NCBI GenBank assembly: GCA_041645215.1
Contig: JBAZQK010000008.1
Span: forward strand, 1,744-65,743
Source: Patescibacteria group bacterium
GTDB taxonomy: Bacteria > Patescibacteriota > Patescibacteriia > Veblenbacterales > UBA10138
DNA: 64,000 nt
Direction: 5' to 3'
The translations under genes and the position numbers were made by a program. A model generated the notes under the pieces. It was not told the origin of the DNA. It did no database searches and saw only the letters and a list, made by a program, of their open reading frames with translations. Below are positions 9,260 through 18,225 of this stretch, piece after piece (position 1 is the stretch's first letter; every line of letters begins with the position of its first letter).

Positions 9260-9961
9260 ATGTCAAAAATAACAAAAATAGTCTACGTAGTCCTGTTCAT
9301 TATTCTCCTCTTAATGCCCCATTTCAGTAGGCATGTAGGAGATATTTCCCAAGCTTATGTGGAATCGATTGTTATGCTGGTTATTTTTGGAATTGCATAT
9401 TTGACATACTTTTTAAACAAATACGAGTTACGTAAACACGAAGAGCAAACTCGTAAATTGGAACAAAATTTACAGATATCTGAACAAAAACTATTAGAGT
9501 CGTTTGAGTACATCGGCACGGTTAACCGCCGACTTCCCCTTTTTAAGAATTTGAGCAGCGACCTTTTAGATAACAATCAGTTTACTAAAAAGTATAAAAA
9601 GGGTATTTTTGATAACCTTCTTGCCACCGCTGTAATTTCTATCGCCCAAGCAAAATGGGGCGTATTCCGATTTGTGGAAGTGGCTAAACAGCGAACCGTG
9701 AGGGAGTTCATTTTTGCTCCTAAAAATTACGTTTTATTAACTCAACGAATCGGAAATAAGGATTTGATTGTTTGTCGCAACGATGACAGTAATATCAAAA
9801 AGGTTGGCAACTTTTATATTATTCCTACCTCAGACCAAGTTGCGCTAATTCAAAATTTTCTCATCTTGCCCCAATCGGATACGGATTTTGGAGAAGAATA
9901 TCCAATACTGCGGGCGATTACAGACCAAGCTCAGTTATTTTATAAATATTTATTTACATAA
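9260..9961 (+). CDS. Hypothetical membrane protein
   Basis: 233-aa ORF, two TMs plus coiled coil, in operon. Confidence 0.65.
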   Translation: MSKITKIVYVVLFIILLLMPHFSRHVGDISQAYVESIVMLVIFGIAYLTYFLNKYELRKHEEQTRKLEQNLQISEQKLLESFEYIGTVNRRLPLFKNLSSDLLDNNQFTKKYKKGIFDNLLATAVISIAQAKWGVFRFVEVAKQRTVREFIFAPKNYVLLTQRIGNKDLIVCRNDDSNIKKVGNFYIIPTSDQVALIQNFLILPQSDTDFGEEYPILRAITDQAQLFYKYLFT

Positions 9962-9973
9962 TTTTAAAAATCT

Positions 9974-12340
9974 ATGAACCAACACAATCATAATGCAATG
10001 CAAAAAGAAGAAGGAATAATATACACTTGCCCTATGCATCCGGAGGTGCGGAAAACTGAACCCGGCAAATGTCCGGGCTGTGGTATGGATTTAATTCCTG
10101 AAAAGAAAAAAATAATTACCAATGTTGATAAACATGCCGACCATGACATGCAGAAAATCAGTCATGCTGATCATGAGACAGCAATGACCAATCCGCAAAT
10201 GGCCAAAGCTATGGAGAAAGATATGCGAAAAAGATTTTTTATTTCCTTCTTGCTTTCCATTCCGATTTTTCTCTATTCGCCGGTCGGTACGAACATTCTG
10301 GGTATTGCGCTACCGTCGCCAATTCCAATCAACTGGCTGCTTCTTATCCTGACGACGCCAATCGTTTTTTGGACAGGTTCAATTTTTATCACCGGTACCT
10401 ATTACTCCCTCAAGGCCAAGAAGCTCAATATGGCCGTCTTGGTCGCTACTGGTGTTTTGGCCGCGTATCTCTTTAGCGTGCTTCTCACCTTGATTCGGCC
10501 GGACAGTGAGACCTTTTATGAAGCGGCAGCTTTGCTTGTTACTTTCGTCTTATTCGGCCACTGGATGGAAATGAAATCTCGGCGGGGCACTTCGGATGCG
10601 CTCCGCACGCTTTTCGATCTTGTTCCGCCCAAGGCAAATGTTATTCGGGGAGAGAAAGAGATAACTATTCCCAGCGCGGAAATTGTTAAAGGGGATATTG
10701 TTGTCATCCGGCCCGGCAATAAAATTCCGGTAGACGGCGAGGTGGTGGAAGGGGAGACATATATTGACGAGTCATTAGTGACGGGAGAATCGCTGCCGGT
10801 GCACAAAAAATTAGGCGGCAGTGTCGTCGGCGGGTCTATCAACCAGAACGGTTCAGTTAAATTCAAAGCGACAAAAGTGGGAAGTGACACGGTTCTCGCC
10901 CAAATTATAAAAATGGTGGAAACTGCGCAGAACTCTAAAGCACCGGGCCAGCGCCTTGCCGACACGGCGGCCGGGTGGTTGGTTATAGTGGCGATCGGCT
11001 CGGGACTGGCGGCGTTTTTCGGGTGGTATCTCGGAGCCGGAGTGGGACTTATAACCGCTCTGACGTTTGCGGTATCAACGGTCGTGATCGCTTGTCCGGA
11101 TGCTTTGGGGCTCGCTACGCCGACCGCTGTCGCCGTGGGAACCGGCATCGGTGCCAAGCACAATATTCTCATCAAGGACGCGACCACGCTGGAAAAAACA
11201 TCAAAGATCAACGCCATGATTCTTGATAAAACAGGGACATTGACAAAAGGCCAACCCGAAGTCACAGACATCGTTTCGTTTCTTGAGAGAAAGGACAAGG
11301 GAACCCAAACGCGAATTCTTCAAATTGCCGCTTCCATAGAAAAACAATCCGAGCATCCGCTCGCTCGAACGATCGTGGATAAGGCTTCCCGGGAAGGGAT
11401 TGACCTTTTCTCGGTTTCCAAGTTTGAAGCCGTAGCGGGCCACGGGGTGAAGGGATTTATCTTGGAGTCGGCGGCCGGTTTAGGGAAACAGTCATTGCCG
11501 CCGCTGGCTACGGCAGTACAGCGTGAAGCCGAGGCTAGGCGTGTTCCAAAATCTACTATCAATGATTTTAAAGTTCAACCCGGCCATGGATTGGAGGACA
11601 GACTTGCGGACGGGGGACACCTCGTGCTTTTAGGGAACGAGCGCCTTATGGAAGTTCACAAAATAAACCTTGATCTTGAGATGCGCCAAGAAATGGAGCG
11701 GTTGCAAAGCGAAGGCAAAACGGCGATGCTTCTGGCTTTGAATAACGATATTATTGGTGCCGTGGCGGTCGCGGATACCGCTCGCGAAAATTCAAAGAGG
11801 ACTATTAATGAGTTGAAACGGATGGGCATTGAGACGATTATGATAACGGGAGATAATCAGCGGACCGCCAAAGCGATTGCGAAACAGCTCGGCGTGGATC
11901 GGGTGTTTGCCGAGGTTTTGCCCGCCGAAAAGGCAAACTGGGTAAAGAAACTTCAGAGCGAAGGCAAATTTGTGGCAATGGTCGGAGACGGCATCAATGA
12001 CGCTCCAGCATTGGCACAATCGGATATCGGTATTGCTATCGGAGCCGGGACCGATGTCGCCATAGAAACTGGCAACATTGTGCTCATGAAATCAGATCCA
12101 TACGACATCGTGGCGGCTATACGCCTTTCAAAAGCAACAGTTACCAAGATGAAGCAGAATCTGTTCTGGGCGGCCATTTACAACGTGCTGGCCATTCCGG
12201 TTGCCGCCGGCGTGTTCTATAATTCCCTCGGCTGGTCGCTTCGGCCGGAAATAGCCGCGCTCCTTATGTCAGCGTCGTCAATTATTGTGGCCACCAATGC
12301 AGTGCTTCTCAAACGAGTCGAGCCCCGCCTGCGTCAATAG
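9974..12340 (+). CDS. copA: Copper-translocating P1B-type ATPase
   Basis: YTCPMHP metal-binding domain, TGES, CPDALGLATP, DKTGT, SEHP, GDGINDAP, YN..AIP, MSASS. Confidence 0.93.
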   Translation: MNQHNHNAMQKEEGIIYTCPMHPEVRKTEPGKCPGCGMDLIPEKKKIITNVDKHADHDMQKISHADHETAMTNPQMAKAMEKDMRKRFFISFLLSIPIFLYSPVGTNILGIALPSPIPINWLLLILTTPIVFWTGSIFITGTYYSLKAKKLNMAVLVATGVLAAYLFSVLLTLIRPDSETFYEAAALLVTFVLFGHWMEMKSRRGTSDALRTLFDLVPPKANVIRGEKEITIPSAEIVKGDIVVIRPGNKIPVDGEVVEGETYIDESLVTGESLPVHKKLGGSVVGGSINQNGSVKFKATKVGSDTVLAQIIKMVETAQNSKAPGQRLADTAAGWLVIVAIGSGLAAFFGWYLGAGVGLITALTFAVSTVVIACPDALGLATPTAVAVGTGIGAKHNILIKDATTLEKTSKINAMILDKTGTLTKGQPEVTDIVSFLERKDKGTQTRILQIAASIEKQSEHPLARTIVDKASREGIDLFSVSKFEAVAGHGVKGFILESAAGLGKQSLPPLATAVQREAEARRVPKSTINDFKVQPGHGLEDRLADGGHLVLLGNERLMEVHKINLDLEMRQEMERLQSEGKTAMLLALNNDIIGAVAVADTARENSKRTINELKRMGIETIMITGDNQRTAKAIAKQLGVDRVFAEVLPAEKANWVKKLQSEGKFVAMVGDGINDAPALAQSDIGIAIGAGTDVAIETGNIVLMKSDPYDIVAAIRLSKATVTKMKQNLFWAAIYNVLAIPVAAGVFYNSLGWSLRPEIAALLMSASSIIVATNAVLLKRVEPRLRQ

Positions 12341-12342
12341 AC

Positions 12343-12470
12343 TTCCGCCGGCGCGCTGGCCAGCCAGGGGATTTCTGCTGCAGCCAGCCGCAACCGCTGT
12401 TTTAATGTCGTTGTTAACTGTTATTGTGGCTGTAAATGCTGTATTATTAAAGAAGAAGAATTTAAGCTAA
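12343..12470 (+). pseudogene. Remnant 3' end of another P1B Cu-ATPase
   Basis: GFLLQPAATAVLMSLLTVIVAVNAVLLKK matches the last TM of P1B ATPases; no start. Confidence 0.65.
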
Positions 12471-12539
12471 TAAGGACTTACGCATTTGACCATTGAGGCG
12501 CATAAATCGGCAGATGCTGAAACAAGCTAATAAGGTTTT

Positions 12540-12995
12540 ATGATGATTTATTATTCCCGGCTGATTAAGACAATAGTGGGCGCGCTGTTAGCGGTAATTG
12601 TGTTTAGCGTTGGACTATTGGGACCAATCAGTATGGCTAAAGCGATGAATCAGTGCTCGGCCTGCGCGGTTCAAACCAGCCACTCCACCGCTTGCGACCT
12701 GCCAGCCGGCGGCGGCTTATGCTATCAGTTTCATCAGGGCATTATCAACAGTTTGTCTAACAGTCTGCCAGCCAATTTAAAGTTGCTTATTTTAGTTTGG
12801 TCAATAGGGGCTTTATTTTTTATGGGGCGCTATTTAGGCAGGGAAAAATGGGTTGTCAAGATACGCCTTAGATTTAAACAATTAATTATATTAGCCAGCC
12901 AAATTTGGCAAAAACAATTTGGTCAGTGGTTAAGTTTGCGTGAGCAAAAGAGTGATACCAATCTCACCTTAACGCTGGTGCATAGTTATTCTTAA
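12540..12995 (+). CDS. Hypothetical membrane protein with Cys-rich loop
   Basis: Signal/TM, CxxC...C...C, second TM. Confidence 0.55.
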   Translation: MMIYYSRLIKTIVGALLAVIVFSVGLLGPISMAKAMNQCSACAVQTSHSTACDLPAGGGLCYQFHQGIINSLSNSLPANLKLLILVWSIGALFFMGRYLGREKWVVKIRLRFKQLIILASQIWQKQFGQWLSLREQKSDTNLTLTLVHSYS

Positions 12996-13068
12996 TAGCT
13001 GGTTGATACCAGAGCAAGATTCTATGCGCCAAGTTTAGGTGTGTTTTTATTTATTTTATAGTTAATTT

Positions 13069-13617
13069 ATGATGCAGTATTCCTATTATTCTTGTCAATA
13101 TAATAACCGACCAGGCAGTTCGCTTAGTTGGTTAATCGTGGGTATAGGTTTGTTTATAGCTTTGGTGGTGGTAGCTTTGGTAGCTTCGTCGCCGTCAACC
13201 CCCAACCAGTCAGCAGTTAGTCAAAAAAGTAAGCCGTCGCAATTGACGGTAGCGGAAACTAAATTTGATTTTGGCACGATTTCCATGGCCGCCGGCCAGG
13301 TTAGTAAAATTTTCAAGCTGCAAAACACCACTGACCAGCCGGTAATTATTGAGAAACTTTACACCTCGTGTATGTGCACAACAGCGTTATTGTTGATAGG
13401 TGATAATCGCTTTGGACCATTTGGTATGCCGGGGCATGGAGCCGTACCGGCAGTTAATCAGATTTTGGCGCCCGGCGCGGCGGCTGATATTGAAGTTGTG
13501 TTTGATCCAGCGGCTCACGGTCCGGCGGGTATAGGTTTTATTCAGCGCGATGTTATTGTTGAGTCGGGCGATGGCGGTCGTTTAAGTTTGGCGTTCACCG
13601 CCCAAGTAACTCCGTAA
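13069..13617 (+). CDS. DUF1573-like Ig-fold membrane-anchored protein
   Basis: FDFGTI, TSCMCT, FDPAAHGP motifs. Confidence 0.75.
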   Translation: MMQYSYYSCQYNNRPGSSLSWLIVGIGLFIALVVVALVASSPSTPNQSAVSQKSKPSQLTVAETKFDFGTISMAAGQVSKIFKLQNTTDQPVIIEKLYTSCMCTTALLLIGDNRFGPFGMPGHGAVPAVNQILAPGAAADIEVVFDPAAHGPAGIGFIQRDVIVESGDGGRLSLAFTAQVTP

Positions 13618-13624
13618 AACGCTT

Positions 13625-14413
13625 ATGAAACACAAAAAATTATTTACCCTGGCGGTTGTTTTGGCAGTTGGTTTTGGATTGTTGTGGTTTTTAAAAGTTA
13701 GTCCCGGCGCGACCGGACTAGTCTGGCAATTATCAGCGGGCGGGACCAAACTTTTACCACTAGTCTCAATTGCCGCTTTGGTTGACAGCGTTAATCCGTG
13801 CGCGTTTTCTATTTTGTTGCTGACAATCGCCTTTTTATTCGCGCTCGGGACTTTTAACCGTCAGCGAATCCGGCAAATCGGCGGCGCTTATATCTTTGGT
13901 ATTTTCATGGCCTATTTAGCTATTGGTTTGGGGGTATTGGGGGCATTGCATTTGTTTAATACTCCTCATTTTATGGGTCGGCTGGGAGCCTGGTTACTAA
14001 TCGCCATGGGTGTTATCAACCTAATCAATCATTTCTTTCCAAGTTTTCCAGTTAAGTTGCGGATTCCCCGCGCGGCCCATAGTAAAATCGCGGACTTAAT
14101 GGAAAAATCATCTATCCCGGCGGTATTTGCCCTTGGTTTGCTGGTTGGGTTATGCGAGTTTCCTTGTACTGGCGGTCCGTATTTATTAGTGTTGGGATTA
14201 TTGCACGATGCTCAAACTAAGTTTATTGGTTTGGCTTATTTGATCTGGTACAACATATTGTTTGTTTTACCACTGGCCGGCGTGTTATGGCTGGCCAGCG
14301 AACAGACGGCGCTGGAGAAATTACAGTCCTGGAAGAAAGAAAATTTACAAGCCATGCGGTTATGGAGTGGAATTATTATGATCGCGCTTGGCGCTTTAGT
14401 GTTGGTTGTATAA
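13625..14413 (+). CDS. DsbD/CcdA-like membrane protein
   Basis: DSVNPCAF and CEFPCTGGPY motifs. Confidence 0.8.
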   Translation: MKHKKLFTLAVVLAVGFGLLWFLKVSPGATGLVWQLSAGGTKLLPLVSIAALVDSVNPCAFSILLLTIAFLFALGTFNRQRIRQIGGAYIFGIFMAYLAIGLGVLGALHLFNTPHFMGRLGAWLLIAMGVINLINHFFPSFPVKLRIPRAAHSKIADLMEKSSIPAVFALGLLVGLCEFPCTGGPYLLVLGLLHDAQTKFIGLAYLIWYNILFVLPLAGVLWLASEQTALEKLQSWKKENLQAMRLWSGIIMIALGALVLVV

Positions 14414-14428
14414 TTAACGGTTTTCCAT

Positions 14429-14953
14429 ATGGCAGAATTATTATCACAAGCTGAATTAATACAAAAGATTACCAAGTTAAAAACTGACGGTACAATTGAT
14501 TTGTCAATGGAGGAAGATTTGAGTTTGGCGATTATGAACCTGGTCAGTTTGGAAGAGCATTTCTTTTTTACGGCCGCTAAAACCGGGCAAGACGAGTATT
14601 ATGATTTATTGCGGCAAACGCGGGAAATTAGAAAGAGTTTGTTGGCTAAAATGATAAATCAGCACGAGGGTGAAACTTGGTGCATTAGCAAGCACTTATT
14701 GGCGGCCACTATGCGTTTGATTGAGGTTGGCACCAAACTGCAGTCAAGCGACGCGATTGCGGCCAAAGATATGTTCGGTAAAGCCTATGAGCTGTATTCA
14801 TTGTTTTGGGCGTTGCGGCTAAAATTAATTGATATAACCGGCTTAAAAAAAATAAATGACCAACAAATTAATAAACACGATGTCAGTTCGCGCGACGCCC
14901 CGTGGAGTAAGGCGGATATAGTTAGGCAGTTAGTAGATTGTTGCGATGAATAA
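14429..14953 (+). CDS. Hypothetical helical protein ending CCDE
   Basis: EEH, WCISKH and C-terminal DCCDE. Confidence 0.7.
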   Translation: MAELLSQAELIQKITKLKTDGTIDLSMEEDLSLAIMNLVSLEEHFFFTAAKTGQDEYYDLLRQTREIRKSLLAKMINQHEGETWCISKHLLAATMRLIEVGTKLQSSDAIAAKDMFGKAYELYSLFWALRLKLIDITGLKKINDQQINKHDVSSRDAPWSKADIVRQLVDCCDE

Positions 14954-14981
14954 CAAATTTAATTATTAGTAAATAAATAAT

Positions 14982-15983
14982 ATGAATAATCCTTTAGTTT
15001 TTTTACTTCCTCCAACCAAGCAATTGTTCCGACGGTTAATTCATAGTACATTGCTGGAGCGAGTCGGCCTAATAGCTATTATGATTTTGGTTTTTAATTT
15101 ATTTTTCGCGGTTGAAATATCAGTTACTCGTCAGCCGTTGCTTAATAAATTACTGGGTCGACCAGTCACTAACCAAGCAGTAGTTAAAGCCACCTTGCCG
15201 GCGGCGGGCAATGCGGCGGCCATTAATGATACCAATTTGGCGGCCAGTATTTTACCGCAGCAGGGCCTAAGCTTAGGGGTGTCGTGGGGAGATTTAGGCC
15301 AGCGGTTGGTGGAGGCGGGCGTTATTGACAGGCAAAAATTAGAAAGTCTTTATGCCAATAATACCGCGGCGTTACCAGTAATAACAAAATTATTAACGGA
15401 AAACAATGTTGAGCCATTAGTAATTTCGGCGGATAATTCCACTATTTTGCTTAATTTATTATGGGCGTTCGGGTTAGGCAATCAGAATGATATTTTGACT
15501 AAGGGTGAAATGACCGACACTCGTTATGGCGGGGCTGGCGGCTTTGCCTCCACCGGCGGTTGGACTCTTGCCAAGGGGAACGCGATGGATCACTATGCCA
15601 AGCATCAATTTGTGAAATTAACGCCGGAACAGCAAGATTTAGTTAGTCGTGTATCTAAAAACATTTATCGTCCGTGTTGCGGCAATTCCACTCATTTTCC
15701 GGATTGCAACCACGGGATGGCGATGCTGGGACTGCTGGAACTTATGGCTAGCCAGGGGGCTGATGAATCATTGATGTATCAATCAGCCTTGGCGGCTAAC
15801 TCATATTGGTTTCCTGATACTTATCTTACGATTGCCAAGTATTTACAAAAGCAAGGTAAGTTAGGTAAGGTTAACGCGCAGGAAATTTTAGGGGCGCAGT
15901 ATTCAAGCGCGACTGGTTATCAACAAATCTTAAGCCAAGTTGAGCCGGCTTCTAGCCAAGGCGGCTCCTCATGCTCACAGTAA
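14982..15983 (+). CDS. Hypothetical membrane-anchored protein with RPCC...DCNHG motif
   Basis: 333-aa ORF, one TM, YRPCCGNSTHFPDCNHGM. Confidence 0.7.
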   Translation: MNNPLVFLLPPTKQLFRRLIHSTLLERVGLIAIMILVFNLFFAVEISVTRQPLLNKLLGRPVTNQAVVKATLPAAGNAAAINDTNLAASILPQQGLSLGVSWGDLGQRLVEAGVIDRQKLESLYANNTAALPVITKLLTENNVEPLVISADNSTILLNLLWAFGLGNQNDILTKGEMTDTRYGGAGGFASTGGWTLAKGNAMDHYAKHQFVKLTPEQQDLVSRVSKNIYRPCCGNSTHFPDCNHGMAMLGLLELMASQGADESLMYQSALAANSYWFPDTYLTIAKYLQKQGKLGKVNAQEILGAQYSSATGYQQILSQVEPASSQGGSSCSQ

Positions 15984-16056
15984 ACTGTAAGCTGAATTAA
16001 ATAATAACAAAAATTTAAAACCAGGGAGTACAATACACTTCTTGGTTTTAAATTAT

Positions 16057-16222
16057 TAGGACTTACGCGCTTGCCGCTTTAGGGGCGGGCGCAGCCCGAC
16101 CCCTCAAGCGGCTTTGGCCAATTTCTTCGTTAAAACCTCTGCTTTTCGCTCACCGTAGTTTTACTACGGCTTGCTCAAATGCTCGGTTTTGCCTCGAACT
16201 TGGCTCAAACGCGTAAGTCCTA
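16057..16222. mobile_element. MITE-like element with TAGGACTTACGCG inverted repeats
   Basis: TAGGACTTACGCG...CGCGTAAGTCCTA flanked by ATTAT on both sides; internal CCGTAG-CTACGG hairpin. Confidence 0.65.
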
Positions 16223-16342
16223 ATTATATTAGACCCGTTGCTTAATGAGTACTTTGGCTAAGGTTGGCCATAATTTCTAAAAGGCCTTAATAAGCAACAC
16301 ATCTATTATGTAATCGCATTTTTAATTATCCACAGGCTGGAC

Positions 16343-16388
16343 TTGACCGTTATTTTTATTTGTGTTAACGTGTTAACACGTTGATACA
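16343..16388 (+). promoter_or_regulatory. Promoter and palindromic operator of the yerC-his unit
   Basis: TTGACC-17 bp-TAACGT overlapped by the 28-bp palindrome TGTGTTAACGTGTTAACACGTTGATACA. Confidence 0.6.
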
Positions 16389-16419
16389 AGATAAATAAGT
16401 CTTAATTTTACTGATATTT

Positions 16420-16710
16420 ATGAAAGCTGATAAAAAATGGGATAGCCCGGAGGCGGAGGAGCTTTATGGCGCTATTCTTAAGCTTAAAACCGCGGGCGAG
16501 TGTAAGCGTTTTTTTAGGGATTTGTGCACTCTATCTGAAATTGAGGCAATGATAGATCGTTTTCAGGTTGCCAAAATGGTAAAAAACAACATTCCGTATC
16601 GAGAAATTAGCGCCAAAACCGGCTCAAGTACTGCCACCGTCACCCGTGTGGCTCATTGGCTTCATCATGGGATGGGTGGCTATAAGCTGGCGCTTGAACG
16701 TATGAAATAA
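16420..16710 (+). CDS. YerC/YecD TrpR-like regulator (HisR-like)
   Basis: FFRDLCT.SEI..M..RFQVA..V....PYREIS.KTGSSTATVTRV HTH; heads the his operon. Confidence 0.88.
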   Translation: MKADKKWDSPEAEELYGAILKLKTAGECKRFFRDLCTLSEIEAMIDRFQVAKMVKNNIPYREISAKTGSSTATVTRVAHWLHHGMGGYKLALERMK

Positions 16711-16737
16711 GATCAATCAAGCACTTAAGTTTTAGTT

Positions 16738-16767
16738 ACCCGTTCAGATGAACGGGTTTTTTATTTT
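16738..16767 (+). terminator. Intrinsic terminator (possible attenuator) between regulator and hisS
   Basis: ACCCGTTC-AGAT-GAACGGGT followed by a T tract. Confidence 0.75.
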
Positions 16768-16790
16768 ATCAATTAACTAATTATTATGAA

Positions 16791-16870
16791 CCCCGTTAGA
16801 AATTCAGTATTCAAACTGGATTTCTGCTGGGGCTAAAAAATGACTATGCTGACAAAAATTTCTAACGGGG
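16791..16870. mobile_element. CCCCGTTAGAA-family IR element (80 bp) in the hisS start codon
   Basis: CCCCGTTAGAAATT...AATTTCTAACGGGG with TGAA duplication; the empty site reads MNKIQPTILKGTRD. Confidence 0.85.
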
Positions 16871-18159
16871 TGAACAAGATTCAACCAACAATTCTTAAGG
16901 GGACTCGCGATTTTCTTCCGCCGGAGATGATGCGGCGTAATGTTGTAATGGAAATTATCCGCAAGACGTTCGAACAGTTCGGCTATTCTCCAATTGAGAC
17001 ACCCATTATTTGTCCGGCTGAAACCATTTTAGGCAAATACGGCGAAGAAGGAGATCGGCTCACTTATTCATTCAAAGATCGCGGCGGGCGACTCATTGCT
17101 TTGCCGTATGATTTGACCGTGCCGTTCGCGCGGTTTGTCGCGGCTAATTATCAGGATTTACCTATACCATTCAAACGCTATCAAATTCAGCGTGTTTGGC
17201 GAGCAGAAAAGCCGCAAAAAGGCCGCTTACGCGAATTTTATCAATGCGATGTTGATATCATCGGATCAAAAAGCCTGGTCTGTGAAGCAGAAATTGTCAA
17301 AGTGATTACTGTAGTATTTGAGAAGTTAGGTGTTCCAAATATTACGATCAAAGCAAATTCAAGGCGATTGCTGAATGCGATATTGCAGTCTTATGGTGTC
17401 AATCAAAGCGAGATAATATCCACCATTCGCGTTATAGATAAAATCACCAAAGTTGGCGAGGAAAGTGTTATTTTAGAATTGCAAAAGATGGAAATAAACA
17501 ATGCCGAGAAGATAATCGAAACACTTAAATCAGAAGACACGAACAAAAACACGCTCAAAAAACTCTCCGAATATGACCTCTCCGAGTTGGAAGAATTTTT
17601 GTCATATTGCGGCGAGCTTGGTGTGCCAGAAAAGAATCTCCAGATTGATCCAACACTGGCAAGAGGACTTGATTATTATACCGGCCTCACCTTTGAAGTA
17701 GTTAGTGAAGATGCGGACTTCGGCTCAATCTGTGCCGGCGGCCGTTACGATAATCTCTGCGGTTTTTTTTCTGACAAGGATTTTTCCGGAGTTGGCGTTG
17801 CTTTCGGCTTTGAACGCATTATGTTGTTGCTCGAACAACTGAAACTCTTTCGCAGTAGCAATGCGCCTTCACAGGTTCTGGTAACCATTTTTGATGACAA
17901 TTCAATCAAGAATGCATTGCAAACGTATCGCCAGCTTATTGAGGCTAATGTTGCGGCGGAAATTTACTTTGAGCCGGAAAAATTATCAAAACAATTCAAA
18001 TTTGCGGACAAAAAACAAATTCCTTTTGTCCTGATTCAAGGACCGGAAGAACGAGAAAAAGGCGAAATTACAATCAAACGCCTGCAAAACGGCAAACAAA
18101 AAACTATACCTGTAAATCAACTTGTTTCTTATTTATCCAACTATTATGAACCCCGTTAG
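16840..18159 (+). CDS. hisS: Histidyl-tRNA synthetase (his-operon copy)
   Basis: KGTRDF, YDLTVP, WRAEKPQKGRLREFYQCDVD, RGLDYYTG, GGRYD, anticodon-binding domain. Confidence 0.9.
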   Translation: MTMLTKISNGVNKIQPTILKGTRDFLPPEMMRRNVVMEIIRKTFEQFGYSPIETPIICPAETILGKYGEEGDRLTYSFKDRGGRLIALPYDLTVPFARFVAANYQDLPIPFKRYQIQRVWRAEKPQKGRLREFYQCDVDIIGSKSLVCEAEIVKVITVVFEKLGVPNITIKANSRRLLNAILQSYGVNQSEIISTIRVIDKITKVGEESVILELQKMEINNAEKIIETLKSEDTNKNTLKKLSEYDLSELEEFLSYCGELGVPEKNLQIDPTLARGLDYYTGLTFEVVSEDADFGSICAGGRYDNLCGFFSDKDFSGVGVAFGFERIMLLLEQLKLFRSSNAPSQVLVTIFDDNSIKNALQTYRQLIEANVAAEIYFEPEKLSKQFKFADKKQIPFVLIQGPEEREKGEITIKRLQNGKQKTIPVNQLVSYLSNYYEPR

Positions 18160-18225
18160 AAATTCAATACGGATAACACGTTTTAAGATCTATGAAACTA
18201 CAAAAATATACAATTTCTAACGGGG
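18151..18225. mobile_element. CCCCGTTAGAA-family IR element (75 bp) in the hisG start codon
   Basis: IRs flanked by TGAA/TAAA; the empty site reads MKIAIQKEGRL. Confidence 0.8.

Noticed and set aside
10516-11298. 260-aa minus-strand ORF
   Set aside because: Antisense shadow of copA with no recognisable motifs.
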